Of a stretch of 64,000 bases of DNA, positions 62,988 to 64,000 are shown in pieces. Position 1 is the stretch's first letter. Every line of letters begins with the position of its first letter. Where the stretch lies: NCBI GenBank assembly GCA_973895155.1, contig OZ316898.1:1056751-1120750 (forward strand). The letters run 5' to 3'. Under the pieces are notes generated by a model. The model was not told the origin of the DNA, did not search any database, and worked only from the letters and a program-made list of their open reading frames with translations. A program made the position numbers and the translations under genes. Source of the DNA: Marsupella aquatica. Lineage: Eukaryota > Plantae > Marchantiophyta.

Positions 62988-64000
62988 CTGACTAACTTTC
63001 AAATCACCACTGATCTCCTTCGATGGGAAACCTCTCCACCCTCCGTTCTTCGTCTTCCTCAGTAGTGAATCCCGCTCACACAGATCGCCTCAAAATGCCT
63101 CCCAAAGAGCCCCCAACAGAAATCACAACGAGCAGCAGAATCAACAAATTACAGATCGCCCACAACTCGAACGAGGCAGTAGTAGGCCGAGATTTGTTCC
63201 TCACTTTGTTTGCTCGTCACTCAACGCCTCTCACCGTTCTTCACATCCCCGCTTCTTCCTCTGTAAGCCCCTCCCTCGCAATCAAACACCTTCTTCAAAC
63301 AGCGTGGGTGCCTGGGTGGGCTTGGACGAAGCAGGCAGAATAATTAATAATGGATGTCGAGGACGACTCGGGAACGGCTCGCCCACACTCCCTCGGAGTT
63401 CCGCCCAGCTGAGTAAAACTACTCCTCCGACTGTACAGGACTCCTGTTGCCCTCGCTCTTCCTTTCCCTCCTCCGTCAACGACTTTTCCTTCGGTCGGTC
63501 GTTTTCACCGTTTTCACGACGAAAAGCGTAGCCGGAAACCGCGTTGACAACTCGGAGTTGGCGCGCCGGAGACAAAAAGCGGGATCTATCCTCAGGTTTA
63601 AGAGACGGCAATTCGGCAAACCACCGTGATCAATTGGCTCCACCACGGTTAAACGTTTTCAAAAGCGACCCAGTTCTGTACTGCGCTCTGCTCCGGACGG
63701 CGACCAGCATCCGCTCGTTTTCTGAGATTCGTGCATCTCGTCCGTGCAATAGGGGCAACGGCTCTTACAGCAGGAGTCCGTTTTGAACAGGCAGGGGAGA
63801 CACATCGGAATCCTCGCTTGGATGAACACAATGATAACCTTTCGCAAATCTCTGATTTTCTTCCCGTGTGAGAACTTTGAGACTGGTGTGCTATGTACAG
63901 TACGTTCTCGATAGCCTGCGTATACACTCGTGTCATCCGGGCTAGCACAATATTTAAATAGTTGTTAAATTTTCGGGCTAGACTAACATATTATTTACAA

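Overview
Eukaryotic land-plant genomic DNA, most likely a bryophyte/liverwort (inferred from the gene families, splice sites and TE types; not provable here). Two conserved genes bracket an accessory region: a two-exon NUDX1-type Nudix hydrolase (12782-14301, +) and a SYP11/SYP12 (KNOLLE-like) Qa-SNARE with an intronless CDS (61468-62409, -). The left end has the 5' end of a Bianca-lineage Ty1/copia element, a decayed PIF/Harbinger transposase and MITEs. The ~45 kb between the two genes is built from shuffled local duplications. Most notable is a 152-aa tail-anchored orphan (25496-25954, -). Its membrane anchor and whole 3' UTR are recognisably copied from the neighbouring syntaxin, and its N-terminus resembles a degenerate SNARE motif with R at the zero-layer Q position. 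A second syntaxin-derived 3' end now lies directly behind a frameshifted Kelch gene. A ~12-13 kb tandem segmental duplication carries a second orphan family whose two copies differ almost only by amino-acid-changing substitutions, each preceded by an expanded higher-order minisatellite. No rRNA, tRNA or CRISPR array was found. All alignments and counts were made by eye.
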